The notes: generated from the sequence alone by a model not told the origin. Positions 14,172-26,849 are shown, counted from the stretch's first letter. The stretch: 64,000 nucleotides of DNA from Chrysomallon squamiferum (GCA_012295275.1 CM022665.1:4278001-4342000), one strand, 5' to 3'. Program-made: numbers and translations.

Positions 14172-14176
14172 GCCAT
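14166..14176 (-). CDS. Candidate alternative first exon MAT(R/S), or the end of a 12/15-nt microexon
   Basis: agcATG GCC ACC AG|GTTGTA, phase 2, at the downstream end of a local CpG-retaining patch (14180-14720). The donor is weak. Confidence 0.35.
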
Positions 14177-14720
14177 GCTGCTAACGCAAAGTAAATCTAT
14201 GATCTGAAGTGAACAATAGCATCTGACAAACACAACTGAAGTGTCAGCCTGCCGCTACTGGACCAAGTGGGAGAAGGAAAAATATAAAGCGTTAAGTCCA
14301 GGCACTTTGTGGGAAATCCGTGCTAAGGCAGCAATGGACAAGAAGTTAATGTTTCTTTACAAGCAACGAAATTGTTTTTATACCATTAAGCAGATCAATA
14401 GTATTGGCAGTACAGTTGTGTTGGTGAAAAAGGGTGTACGTATGTTTAAGGAGAAAAAGGTAAAAATAATAAAAGACACACACACATACATATATATATA
14501 AATATAGATTTGGTTGAAGGTCTTGCAGTGTTTGGTAAAAGTTCGTGTAAAAAGCTCATCGTGACATGGTTTTCATTGGAATCGATCCAGCCTGACAGAA
14601 TAGTGTGTTGTGTTGTGTTGTTGTGTGTTCATGTTGCCTGAATTATTGTTTCTCAAGCTGCTAGATAGTGATGTTTTCAGCCTCCTTTGTAACAAATCAA
14701 TGAGGAGTCGATGAATGATG
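14177..14720 (-). promoter_or_regulatory. Intragenic CpG-retaining patch, candidate internal promoter / 5' UTR
   Basis: About ten CpGs in about 550 nt within otherwise CpG-poor DNA, directly upstream of ATG GCC ACC AG|GT. Confidence 0.4.
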
Positions 14721-16769
14721 TGTAAAGACAGTATTAAAATGTAGATTGTTTTTGTTTTTGTTTTTAAAATCAACTGTCAATAGAATTTTTAATATGTATT
14801 TTTTAAAGAAATAACAACAGCAACAACAACAATACTAAGCACAATATGTAACATTATACATTCAATACATAAATAACAAAGTTGTCTTTTCTTCTGTATT
14901 GAGATTATTGATCAAAACTGATAAAACTGATCAAAGCTGACCTATAGATAAAAAAAAAAAAAAACAACACATTTATACAGACACTGGTTTTCTGTTGGAA
15001 ATTAATATCATGCTAAGTATACATAATTAAATCTATCTACTATACTAGTAATGGAAATCACAACTGTGTTGTAACTGGAAACCTTAAAATGGTCTTCTTT
15101 TCATTTTTATTTATTTTTAATACTGCAATGAAAAGTCAGCAGAGTCTTTCATCTCCTTTTATTATAAATATTGAAGTGAAAAGTCAAATGATAATACATA
15201 TTACTATACCTGGGTAGAACAAAGAATCCGTGCTGGATGAAATCCCAGTGGACAAAACCCTTGCTGTGAGATATCCATGGATAAAAACCCTTATTGGACT
15301 TAACCCCCATGAGACAAGATATAAATAGATAAAACCAAGTCAAGTTTCCCTGAACAGATTTTTTGCCACATATAACCCATGCATTTAAAGAACCAAGAAC
15401 AAAAAAATATATTATCTTTATTTTCATGCAATATATTTTGAAGGTATTTTTCAGATTCTTTTAAAAAACATTTCAGATATTTAACTGTTTCTTCATCCAG
15501 CACAATGACGATTATGTATTTTAATTATCTGTCACATCAAACAAACCCACAATAAATAATACTGTTCTCCCTTCCCTCCAAGAAAACCCCATACATACAT
15601 TTAAAAATTGCTTTTGCCTCTCTAAACATACAGAATATTAAACTATATTGCTACATTCTAATCTATAATTATGTTGTACAGAATATAAATAAATTCATAC
15701 ACCATCAATATTTACAAATGTATGTATAAGCAATTTTGCTTGACCCTGTATTAAAAATACTGCCAATCACTTTGTTTTTCAAAAGAAATATAATATTTTC
15801 ACAAATCCATATTGAGTGACAGATAAAAATGAAAAGTGTGTACATATTAATTACCTGCCTGTTGTACCTGGCCATTTTTACTTAACCATTAAAAATCTGT
15901 CATCTTTTGTTATCTGATATTGTCATAAAGCAGTTTTTTATGTTTTAATGCTGCAAAAGGTTAATCAAATTAAACAAACAAAAAATGAATCAAAGTAACA
16001 AATTTGTGTTATATAGTTTTCTAAAAAAAAAAAGAAATTAAAATGAAATCATTTATAAGATCTGCTGGGAAAGAGAAAAACAGTTTTTATAGTTTTGAAA
16101 GCTAAAATCTTCAAATGCAGAATACAAATTCTATCAAGTTCAGCTATTTTGATAACAGATACAGACTTTGTTATGAAAAAGTATATTTTATCATTGTTGT
16201 TATTATTATTATTATTGTTACTACTACTATTATTACTACCATGTTTACAATTATATTATTATTAATGTTATTGTAACTGTTAAAACAATGTTAAACACAT
16301 GAACAGAAGCCTGTTTTTTAAATCTTTTTTGTTTAAGGTTAAATTACTATCTGCTAAAATGGAAGGTCAAAAATAAACAAAACATTTAAAAAAAAAGAAC
16401 ACTCTGAAATAAAAGAAGCAAAAAGAAAAGAAAAAAGAAGTGTGAACGACAATAAAATAAAGGATTAAAAGTATGAAATATCAAATAGGGAGCCACGAAA
16501 TATGAACTGTCTGAACAATGACTGATTAATTATTTATATTTAATAGATTAAAATCTGAGTGGTAAAAGTCCATTGAAATACATCACTATATATGAATGAA
16601 TGAATTTGAATGTATTATACTCAATGAGGATGCAAACAACAAACATTTATGATATATGATGACTCTGAATTGATAAACTTTTGGTAATTTAATAAAAAAA
16701 AAAAAAATATACAGTAACTAACAATTTAATGCATAGAATAAACATATATTTTTATTTTTTTTTTTATTA

Positions 16770-17470
16770 TATTTGCAGGTAATTACAAAAATTTTATAGA
16801 ACAATAAATAATAACTATGGTTAGTGTGTTTGTAAATTTTTAAAAATAATTTAATATTAACTTTCAAATGATACAAGAATAAATAAGATTTTTACATTAT
16901 TAACATACCTTTGGCAATTTATTATTATTTACCAAAACAATAAGTATCAACACAATGAATATAATCTTTTTCCTTCTTTTTTTTTTGTTTTGGTAATTTA
17001 ATATTACAGCATAATAACAAACATTCTGAAACAATTTTTTTATGATAACGGTATTTATGATAATATACAATATCTATTAATATTAAATAACAAAATGAGA
17101 CATAACAACTTTGAATTAATGCAATCTATTTTTTAAATTTATTATTAATTCCAAAATGATGCATGGTTATTATGATCTCATATTTTTTGTAATTTAATAT
17201 TATCAGTTATAAAATGATGTATAGTAATTATGATAAATACATTTTTAGTAATTTGATATTCATTATTAAACAATATACAATATCAATGATATACAAAATC
17301 AGCATACATTTTGTAATTTAACATTAATTAGAAAACAATACAGGATAACCATGATGAACATAAGTTTTTGTAATGAAATTATAAAACAACTGCACAACAA
17401 TATACAATAATTATGATCAGTACAGTTTTGGAAATTTAATATTTTTATAAAACAATATAAAATGAAAAAC
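16770..17470. repeat. Degenerate AT-rich minisatellite (about 55-60-bp unit)
   Basis: Recurrent tttt(g)gtaatttaatatt...aaacaatatacaataattatgat. Confidence 0.55.
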
Positions 17471-17505
17471 AAAAAAATAAATTTATTTAAAATTAAACAT
17501 TTTAC

Positions 17506-17552
17506 CTGTAATCCCTAATAGATTCACCAACATCGTTAAATTTTTCTGCCAT
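17506..17552 (-). CDS. Candidate alternative first exon (no TM): MAEKFNDVGESIRDY(R/S)
   Basis: ccaaaATGGCA...GAT TAC AG|GTAAAA: strong Kozak context, 15 open codons + 2 nt, phase-2 donor matching the TM exon. It is preceded by about 250 nt of non-repetitive, GC-richer sequence (UTR-like). Confidence 0.5.
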
Positions 17553-18691
17553 TTTGGAAGGCCAGAAGAATGAATTAGACTCAAAAGATTTACACTTGCT
17601 GTGTTGTCAAATGGAGGAATGCTGATATGTACTATTTCATTACTTAACCTGTCAGGTGTTAGTGTTATTTGGATGGAGACTGTTAACAAGCAAAATACTG
17701 ATAATGGGATTCGAGGGTCATGTCCTGGAATATCCATATTAATTAAATGTGTTAAACCTTTCTGGTGTCATGTTACAAAAATAATCTGAAGGGATGGGTT
17801 GTCAGCTGCAAAACAGTGTAAAGGTTATAAAAAACAAACTTTCAAATAATGAAAATGGTTACATTAAGAGATAAGTTTAGGTAACTTTTTTTGCCAAGAT
17901 TAATGGTTTAAAAAAAAATTGATTTTTTTTTCTTCAGTTTTTTTCCAAAACTGAAATGATTAAGATCTTCATAAACAAAACCATTCAATACTTATACCAA
18001 ATCAGAAATCATTAAAATGTCATCTCTATATGAGTTATTATAATACACAAATGCTGTCATACGTTTGATTTTTTTTTAATTATTATTTTAAGTACGGATC
18101 ATGTTCCTCAACAGGTTACTCATGGCAGAGTGGCTTATATATAGCATACACTGGGTGATTTTATTAGTATCTTTCAATATCTTTCTGATTTATAAGCATG
18201 GAATTCGATGCTCAAAGGAACAACATGGCATCTCTCCTGTAATTTTATCTCTTTTATTATTCCATTAAAAATAAGTATAGATATTAATAATCAGAAGGTT
18301 ATATAACTATGTCTGGATCTAACCCAATAATTTAGGTTCATAAGTAGAATCCTAACTGCTCACATGGTTAAATTTATCATTCCGTCTTTAATTTTTCTAT
18401 ATCTTACTTTATTATTTTGATGTTTACATACAGGTCTTAATTCTAGACAGGCTGTGCACGACATGCATCCCATAATTTTGTCAGCTTCTCCCCTGAGGTC
18501 ATTTAGTTAATTATGGCATTTGACCGTTAAATTAGTCACCATTATACCTTAGGAGTTTGATTTCTACATACAGATCTTTACCTTAGAGAAAATGTTCTTG
18601 GAATCTTTTCACTAATTTTGTTAATTTCTTACCATGTCAGTTGGATGTTTTAAATGCAGAACATGATGTAATAATTGTTTTAGTTTCTCAC

Positions 18692-18983
18692 CTGATTATT
18701 TTGCGGGTCTTCACAGGAGATCCTGCTCTTCTAACTGAAGCAGGTGATGACCCAACTGATGATCGTGAATCATCAAATGATCTTTTCTGTAAATGCTGGA
18801 TGTTACCGCCAAGTTCTTCATCAACTGACCCAACCCTCTTGTAGCTTTTAGTGATGACTTCTTCATCTTCTTCTTTCTTCCTCTTGAAACACCAGCTACA
18901 CAAGACAGTGCCAAGGACCAGACCAATGATGGCTCCACATGATCCAACAATAACCAACACTACCTGACCTGTTTCTTCCATAC
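18692..18983 (-). CDS. SYT7: Exon 2 of a synaptotagmin-like type III membrane protein (Syt7-like): short luminal segment, TM helix, juxtamembrane Cys and basic cluster, Ser-rich linker
   Basis: Acceptor tttacAG|GT ATG (18985-18984) and donor ATC AG|GTGAGA (18691, phase 2); the ORF-track stop lies inside the intron. It encodes GMEETGQVVLVIVGSCGAIIGLVLGTVLCSWCFKRKKEEDEE...KTRKII(R/S). TM + LCxWC + basic residues is typical of synaptotagmins. From memory it resembles vertebrate Syt7 (LCHWCQRK; short phase-1 first exon) and fly Syt7 (EDEE..SY). The exon itself is well supported; the Syt7 assignment is moderate because no C2 domain is visible. Confidence 0.8.
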
Positions 18984-19026
18984 CTGTAAATATTAAAAGG
19001 AAATTTAATATAAATCTGTATCTATA

Positions 19027-19027
<1 letters not shown>

Positions 19028-19068
<41 letters not shown>

Positions 19069-19127
19069 ATATATATATATATATATTAAATGAAATTTAT
19101 ATCTATCTTTTTGAAGTCAATAATACA

Positions 19128-19158
<31 letters not shown>

Positions 19159-19266
19159 GTCTATGTTTCTCTTCCTAAGCCTGTTTTTCTATCTATCTGT
19201 CTGTCTGTCTGTCTGTCTATATCTGTTTCTATCTCCCACCATATATATATATATATATATATATAT
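19028..19266. repeat. (ATCT)n, (AT)n, (ACAT)n, (CTGT)n microsatellite cluster just upstream of the exon-2 acceptor
   Basis: Direct reading. Confidence 0.9.
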
Positions 19267-21479
19267 CCCAGTGGCAGGTATTTTGTTTTAAAATTATCCA
19301 TTTTAACCCCTATATTATTTGATGACAGTATGCCATCTAGCAAGTGTAATATTAAGGCTTAATTTAAGCTAGTGCATTATGTTGAGGTATCTTGCCAACA
19401 ATGGTCTCTTAGCATTTCATGATATCACACCAATGACTGCCAAAAGACCCAATGTCTGTATCTTAAGGTGAACCTTACTTTTGTAAAAATGTGAATGTCT
19501 AATTAATTACAACATCACTGTTGATAGTTAAACATACTGCATTTTGGATAATGTCATTAGGTGTACTTAGGGTCAGATATCTTGTGTCCATCTCTGAGCA
19601 ACGAAGGAAAACAATCTAATTGACAAATGTTAGATAACACAAATTTGTTAACTCAATTATGAGAAAATCTTTATCACCAAAGGGTAAGAATTAAGGAAAG
19701 CTGATGTAAGCCTATAAAGGTGAATAAACTGGAAACATGACTTTGCTAGTGATTTTGTTAATAAATACATTACAATTTTGGATTTTAAGATTGAACACTT
19801 TTAGAAAAATCATTGTTTCTGCCCATCAGTTTCATCAGTTTTCTGGAGAAAAAATGCTAAAAATGATCCAAAACAACCATATAGGCTTTTCAAATAAACT
19901 TAGAACTGTGACCAAAACATTTTGAGTCTTGTACTGAATTTTTGTTTGTATTGTGACATGAAAGGCATGCATGAACAATTTCTGATAATTACATGCTTGG
20001 AATAACTGATATTAATACCTACAATCAAACAGCTTACAATTTATGATGGACATAAAATAAATTTAAAAAAGGTAAAACTAAACATGTTTCATAAAATTTG
20101 ATAAAAGAAACATAAAAGACTAATGAAAGGCTAAAACTTGATGGTAAGTAAGTATTCAATAAAAATCCATATACTTTTTTCCTCTGTTACATAAAATTAT
20201 TCACTATTTTGGGGACTTGTTGCAAAAAATGAGTTGTAATTTAAAAAAATATATTTTTGCTATATGGACAATGCATTAACTAGAACACATATCAACAGAC
20301 AAATAAAACAGCAATAAAAGGTTTATTGTCTTTTTGGTTTCTTTGTTTCCATGTTTTATGTCTTTTGCTGATTCAAAAACACCACACATGTGTTAATAAA
20401 GAGGCTTTGTTTAAATCAGTTGTGAAAAAAAGAGAAAAAACATAAAGGAAAAAGAAACAAGAAATGAAAAGAAACAACTATAAACTGTTATATCATTAGT
20501 ACATGTAATATTTTAGTTGACTGATGTTTCTTAAAGATTAATCTAAACTTCTATATAAAATAAAATAAAAATTAACAGTAATTAATTGATACTGTCATCA
20601 TGATATTTTGATCACTTATGTCATAAACCATTTTATTACCTACCAGAAGCAAATTACATTAATGGAAATCAATCTTCAAGTTAGTGTGACATTTCACGTA
20701 AAGAATAGAAGTTATTTTGACATTTCAAGTGTAGTATTGATTTGAAAAAGTTTCATATCACCACATTTCTTTTAGTAATTGCATAAATAATTTATCCTTA
20801 ATGTCCTGGTATGTCTTCTTACCAGTCCTTAATTTTTTTTAATACTTCCTTTGAAGAAGTCACATCTGACATCTTGGCAAATTACCATACACATATTTAC
20901 GTTGGAAGAATGAATAAATAACATTTCCAAACTAAAAACAATAAGCAAAAAATGTTTTTTTTATTTGTTTAATTTCTTTTGATGAACTGAACTTTATATC
21001 TTGTCATATTACAATATATAGATTTTAAATTTTATTTTTACATATGTATGCAATCTAAAGAATGCATAAACAGCCATCTCAACAGCCATGAAAACTATTT
21101 ATTAAGCAATAAGAAACAAAATGTTTTAATTTTCAAAATACTTTAGAAGAAATGAAACTTATCATTCTGCGATGTTTCTTTATTTTAAAAACAACAAGTG
21201 AACAAAGAAACAAACAAAATTAGAATTAAAAGAATGCAAAAATGAAAACATAAAACAATGTATATCAAAATCTTGTCTTTCATTTCTTAAAGTATACTAA
21301 AAATCACTAAAAAGTCCTAGGTATGCTAGACAGTCAACACTGAGTTAACATCTGTATTAACTGAACATTCAGTAAGAGAACACTGATATTTCACCATCGC
21401 TGCTAGACAACAAAAAAAAAAAACAACAACAACAAAAAACCCAACTTTTTAATATGTAATTAAAGTAAATATATTTATA

Positions 21480-21600
21480 TGAGAAAAACCCATGGAAGGA
21501 TGTGTCTTGAATGGGAAATAACCAAATAAGCATACTGTGTAGGACTGATCCTGAACTCAGTCATCCCTAACCTCTGCAATATAACCACCCAACTGCAGCT
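21480..21600 (-). mobile_element. SINE fragment
   Basis: catggaag...gaatgggaaataaccaaat...aggactgatcc...taaccacc. Confidence 0.4.
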
Positions 21601-23194
21601 GGGGCAATTTTCCATGTACAAAAATCACAAGTATGATACATAATAACTTTTAATATAAAATATTTTGACCTGTAATTAAGATTCATTCATTAATTACCAC
21701 ATAAAAGAACTATAAGTATTTTAAAATTATTATCTTGGGATCAAATTTTGTGGCACAAAAGATCCTAGACATTCATTTCCACAGCAACAAAACCAATCTA
21801 TTTTTACAGGTAAGAGTTGTGAGTAAAGCATTACAGGTGTTTAATTAACAACAAACAATGCATTATTAAACAACAAAAAGAATTACTAGCTCTGTTTTTA
21901 ACTTGAACATAGTTACAAAGAGACAGAGAGGTGAAATCAATTATTCTACCAGTTATGAAGGTTCATCATCATTTCAGCATGAAAATAGTTGTCGTAATAG
22001 ATTCTGGAAAGTTTTCTGACAAAAAAACTGAAACAAAGTCTGATTAAGAAACCACACGTCTGAGAAATACAAGGGAAAAAAATTGAAAAAAGAAAATTCA
22101 AGACAAAACACAGTCTCAAAACCCTATCAATAAACCTGATTTGTGGGCCACTGTTGTGAATTTCATTTCATTTGAGGTAAATTCTCTTTTCTTTCTTAAA
22201 GTAAATTACAACCTAAAAGTAAAACTAAGACCAGAAAGAGAAAGAGAAAAAAATATATTAATAAGAAAATATGTTCCTGAAGTTAAATGCAGAATGTGAT
22301 AATTTGAAACAAAATAACTTTTTTTATTTACAAAATGGTCTCAGAACTTTTATTCTGACTGCTTTTAACAACATTAACATAATTTGTAGAATGTTTTTGC
22401 AAAATAAATTGTCAGATAAAAAAAAAAAAGAGATAAAAAAAGAAATTCATAAACCCAAAACACACAAATTTTAAAACATAAAAAAACCTAAAAAACCCCA
22501 AACCCAAACATAACTAATAAAAATAGTCCTGAGAAAAAAGAAAAAAACCCACAACAAAACAATAACAAAGAACCCCATCAAAACAAACAAACAAAAAATA
22601 ATACTGACACCTCCCCATCAAAAAACCCTAAATAAACAAAACTGCAACATTACAATGCAAATACTAAAACATAATTTCAAAATTTATCTTGTTTAAATTT
22701 TGATGGATGGGGTAGAAACTATTCTGTGACATATAAAACATTTCTCTCTGTTTTCTGTAATACAGTTTGATCAAAATAAATTCTTCACCACAAATACTCC
22801 TGAGTAATAAACAGAATACTAAATCAGCTACCTTTTGAAAACAAGTTTATGTCTCTCTTGAAACCATTTTCATCAGTCACCAGTGACATATAAAAATAAA
22901 TGTATTGTGTATTTAAATTTATACAAATAGGAAACTTATTTATTTATTTTCATGTCTATTTTTTATTTAAAATTTTTGATCATTAAAGTTGGTATTATTA
23001 TTATTATTATTATTATTATTTGATATTATTTTTTTTTAATTATTATTTTTTTTAATTAATTAATTTTTTTTTGTGAGGATGGAGAATACAATATATATTC
23101 TTATGGAAAATAGATATTCTTGACATTTGCTATTAGCCATTCTCTACTCTATCACTTCTACCATTTGACAACTCAAACATTTTTGAATTCAACT

Positions 23195-23197
<3 letters not shown>

Positions 23198-23241
<44 letters not shown>
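23198..23241. repeat. (CT)n microsatellite
   Basis: Direct reading. Confidence 0.95.
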
Positions 23242-23245
<4 letters not shown>

Positions 23246-24685
23246 AAAGAAGCCACTTTCAGTTTTAATTTTTGAATATTATTTTTCTTCTAAAAATGCT
23301 TTAAGGTTTCATTATTTCGAAAAAACAAATTTCAAGCAATGTATATATTCTAAATAATGCAACAATTTTGACTTCTGATAGTTAATAATTATACAAATAA
23401 ATGCTGTGCTGATAGAATATAGCCTACAGTGAGAGCATTCAAGAGGGTAGGTGGCTTGTTTTATTTTTTGTACAACATAAGAACAAAATAGCTGGAATCT
23501 ATGTGATGTGAATAACAAGGAATGGTCAGTCCCTGCAGCTGGTTATTTTTTGTTGATGATTTTGGCATTTTTAGACAGAATAATAATAATAATAATAATA
23601 AAGGTAACAACAACAACAACAAAAACAGTATAAGTAGTAGCTTAAGCAGCGAAAGTAGTTATTACTATTATTATTGGTAGTAGCTGCTATAGTTATTATA
23701 AGAGTAATATGCGTAATGGTCAAGGTTAGAATGGTGATGATGAGGATGAAGGTCATTATTGTGGTGGTAACAATAGTGTTATTATTATGACTAATCACTG
23801 TGATTTGTTTGACATTGAGGATGATAATGATAATGATGATGATTACAACACTAATAATATTAATTAAATAAATAAAAAAGAAATAATATGTTCAGTTGTA
23901 ACTGTTTTGACACAAAGTTGAATAAATCCCTAGTCTGAACTCAGAAAAGACTTATGACATTATGTACAACAAATAAATAAATAAATAATATAAAGAAACT
24001 TATAAATTATACAGGAATGAAATTATGGTGTCTCATAGTGTCGAAGTGTGACTTAATTAAACTTAGCATTAAGAGAATTCAGTGGCTGTTTCCAATTATG
24101 TCAATTAACAAGTGAGGCCTGAAACTCATTTCATGCACAAATTAGAAACCTGAATAATGGAAAGCAACATGGATGGCTTCACTGCAATGTTCAACAGTAC
24201 CATAACAATGAACAAAACTATAAATGAAACATGCAGCTTTTAGCAATTCAATACATTTCTTATTAAAACAAATTATCAAAGCTGTGGCTTTTCATATATA
24301 TACATATATATAAATATATGAAAGCCAAAACAAGATAATTGTAACATAAATCAATTGTATTTTGAAAAAGCTGTTAAACAAAGGAATGTGGGATATATAG
24401 AATATTGTATATCTCTGTATACATGTGCCGTTATTAACACAAGTTAAGCATGAATATTACTGGCTGTTGTTGTATTGATACTGTGAGAGCTTTCAATAAA
24501 AACAATTTATCTGCTTATTAAAATCATTTGCAATACATATATATATATTTTACAGGTGTCAGTTTTATGTATATCTGAAAACAACATATTACATTTATTT
24601 CATTAAATATATTTTATGAAATAAAACGTTATCAGTAGATGTATGTGTATTTTTGTGAATTTATTACATACATTAAACTATTAAG

Positions 24686-24972
24686 CTGAAACTCAGTGAT
24701 TAGATCACAGGACTGAGTTGTGATATACCATAGGATCTATCCTCTGTGGTGTTCCTTTTTGGCTAATTCCCATTCCAACCAGTGCCCTTTAAATGAATGA
24801 TCAATGATCATGGTATCTCTTATTCAACTGAAAAGAAAGTGTATAACAAAAAATGCCATCTTAACTGATAAGAAGAGCCTATGGGAAAGAACTGTGGGTT
24901 TCTTTCCTCATGTCACTGATTCTCAGAAACATTTATATGAAAATGTGTTGAAATGTTGTGAAACAAATTTAA
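24686..24972 (+). mobile_element. Degenerate tRNA-derived SINE, near full length
   Basis: A-box-like actcagtgattag, B-box-like ggatctatcc, body ttcccattccaaccagtgc...gggtttctttcctc, tail aaaatgtgttgaaatg. Homologous blocks recur across the window on both strands. Confidence 0.6.
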
Positions 24973-25321
24973 AATGTCCTGATGTCATTGTATTGGTGCC
25001 AGAAAAAAAAAAATAATAATGTTTGCTTGAAACATTCTTCGACAATGATAAAAATTACTGTTGTTCACCAGTAATTGATTTTAATTTGTATCTTAAAATA
25101 TTAAACAGTTAACAACTAGTTTCTGTATCTGAATGACGTCAGTATAGAGGATGAAAGCTTTTTCTTTTTTTGTTCTTTCAAAATTCATTTCTTCAGCTTT
25201 TAACATTGTCCATACTTCTTAAATCAGTCCAAAAAGCTATTTCCTACAGAATTTATTTATTTTACTAAGATCTGCTGAATAATTTTTTATTTTTATAAAA
25301 ATTTAGTTTTGTTTTGTGGTT

Positions 25322-25359
<38 letters not shown>

Positions 25360-26849
25360 AAACAACAACAAAAGATAAAAACATTATTAAAATTATTTTT
25401 TGGAAACCATGAGAAAATCTCCAGAATTCTTTTTTTTTTTCCTATATAGAATACCAATAAAATAAATATAGAAAGTAGAGAAAAAAATAACATCTCCATT
25501 CTCTTAATAACGCCATGTGAGATATGATTGATTTTCTTCAGTAAATAGACATATGCACGTGCACACACACACACACACACACACACATCCCCACAATATG
25601 GTAGGAAGACAGATATACATATTCAATAACAAATCAAATGTAAACAGCTAAAAAAAAGTATTATTTATTTTAATTTTTTTTTCCATTTTCTTTTCCATTT
25701 TCTTAAATAAATTTCAAGAAAATAATCTTGCTATATTAATGCTTCTGATAAAGCAATCAATTTGGAGTTTATTTCAACCAAAGTAATCATACAGAAAGCA
25801 ATTTTAGTGTGATGATGAATGGCCAGAATCTTTCAGCTTCTGATTCAACATTTGATAAAGGACATAATGATGATGTATGTGCATGTCAGAGTGAAATAAA
25901 GATTTTTAATACACAAATCAACACTGGTTTGCATCCTGACTAGCATGTCTCTCACAGTTTTTATCACACTTTATTTGTTAAGAACAAAGGATCAAATCCC
26001 TTTACAGGACACAATAGGTTTTTCCTGGCAGAAGGTCATCTGATATAGACAGAAGATTTTTGATGGAGAAAACAAACTTGTGAGGTTCAATCTTAATGAT
26101 GGTAAAAATGTTAATTATTGCTGTACCCTACCTATTCCATTACCTTCCTAGCATTTTCTTTCCTATTAACTATAATTTTTCATCCATTCTTGCCATCGCT
26201 ATCATTCAGTTTTACTTCAGCTAATATAACATGAGAAATTCTTACTGCCATCTTAAAGTCAAGGTTCCCAAAAGCTATAGTTGCTGAACTCTCAAGAAAA
26301 GAAATTATAACCCCTGCTTCATAAGCATATCAGTAGTTTGGTCATCATGACCTTCAGGTATCTTTAATCAGTACTGAGTAGTTAAATGGCTTAGTGTCTT
26401 TATTAATAAGATAAACAGACTATATTAACTATTCATAACAGGTAGAAATCATTTATAAACTGTCAGTGACTGATTTTCAGCACATCAAAACCTCAGTTAT
26501 ACTTTGCTGCAACAGAAAGCTGAATACTGCATATAAAACTTTAGAGGTTATTTCTAAGTAATTATTTAGTCTATATAACTTTATTATACTATATGCTGTA
26601 TTCTGTGTAAAATCTAACAAAATGTGTGTCCAAAACAATGAATTGTTTTAAGTGAATTTAATTTTTTTTTCAGTCTTTTATCTTTATACAAACGTAAAAC
26701 AAAGATCCAGATATTTCTTGAAGGATGGGGTGGGGTAATTATATTCTAATTAAAATCTATAAGAGTATGTGTTCATAACAGTTGAATCTCTTTCATTGCT
26801 TTTCTGTTTTTCTTTACTGTATTGTATCTTTACACAAAAATAACATGTC

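Noticed and set aside
14241-14773. ORFs on both strands in the CpG patch
   Set aside because: Non-ATG starts, run into simple repeats, no homology recognised. Better explained as UTR or promoter sequence.
15230-15370. ggacaaaaccc / ggataaaaaccc short repeats as transposon subterminal repeats
   Set aside because: Too degenerate; no terminal inverted repeats or TSD could be delimited.
17483-17737. 84-aa ORF MDIPGHDP...
   Set aside because: It reaches the donor in phase 1, incompatible with the phase-2 junction, and is unrecognisable. The MAEKF frame fits better; this ORF may act as an upstream ORF.
18627-18691. Alternative downstream donor ATG|GTAAGA (18632) extending the TM exon
   Set aside because: An in-frame TGA at 18690-18688 precedes it, so it could only give a truncated product. 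No further support.
24686-24745. tRNA gene
   Set aside because: Only degenerate A/B boxes of a SINE head; no cloverleaf. No tRNA or rRNA genes were found in the window.
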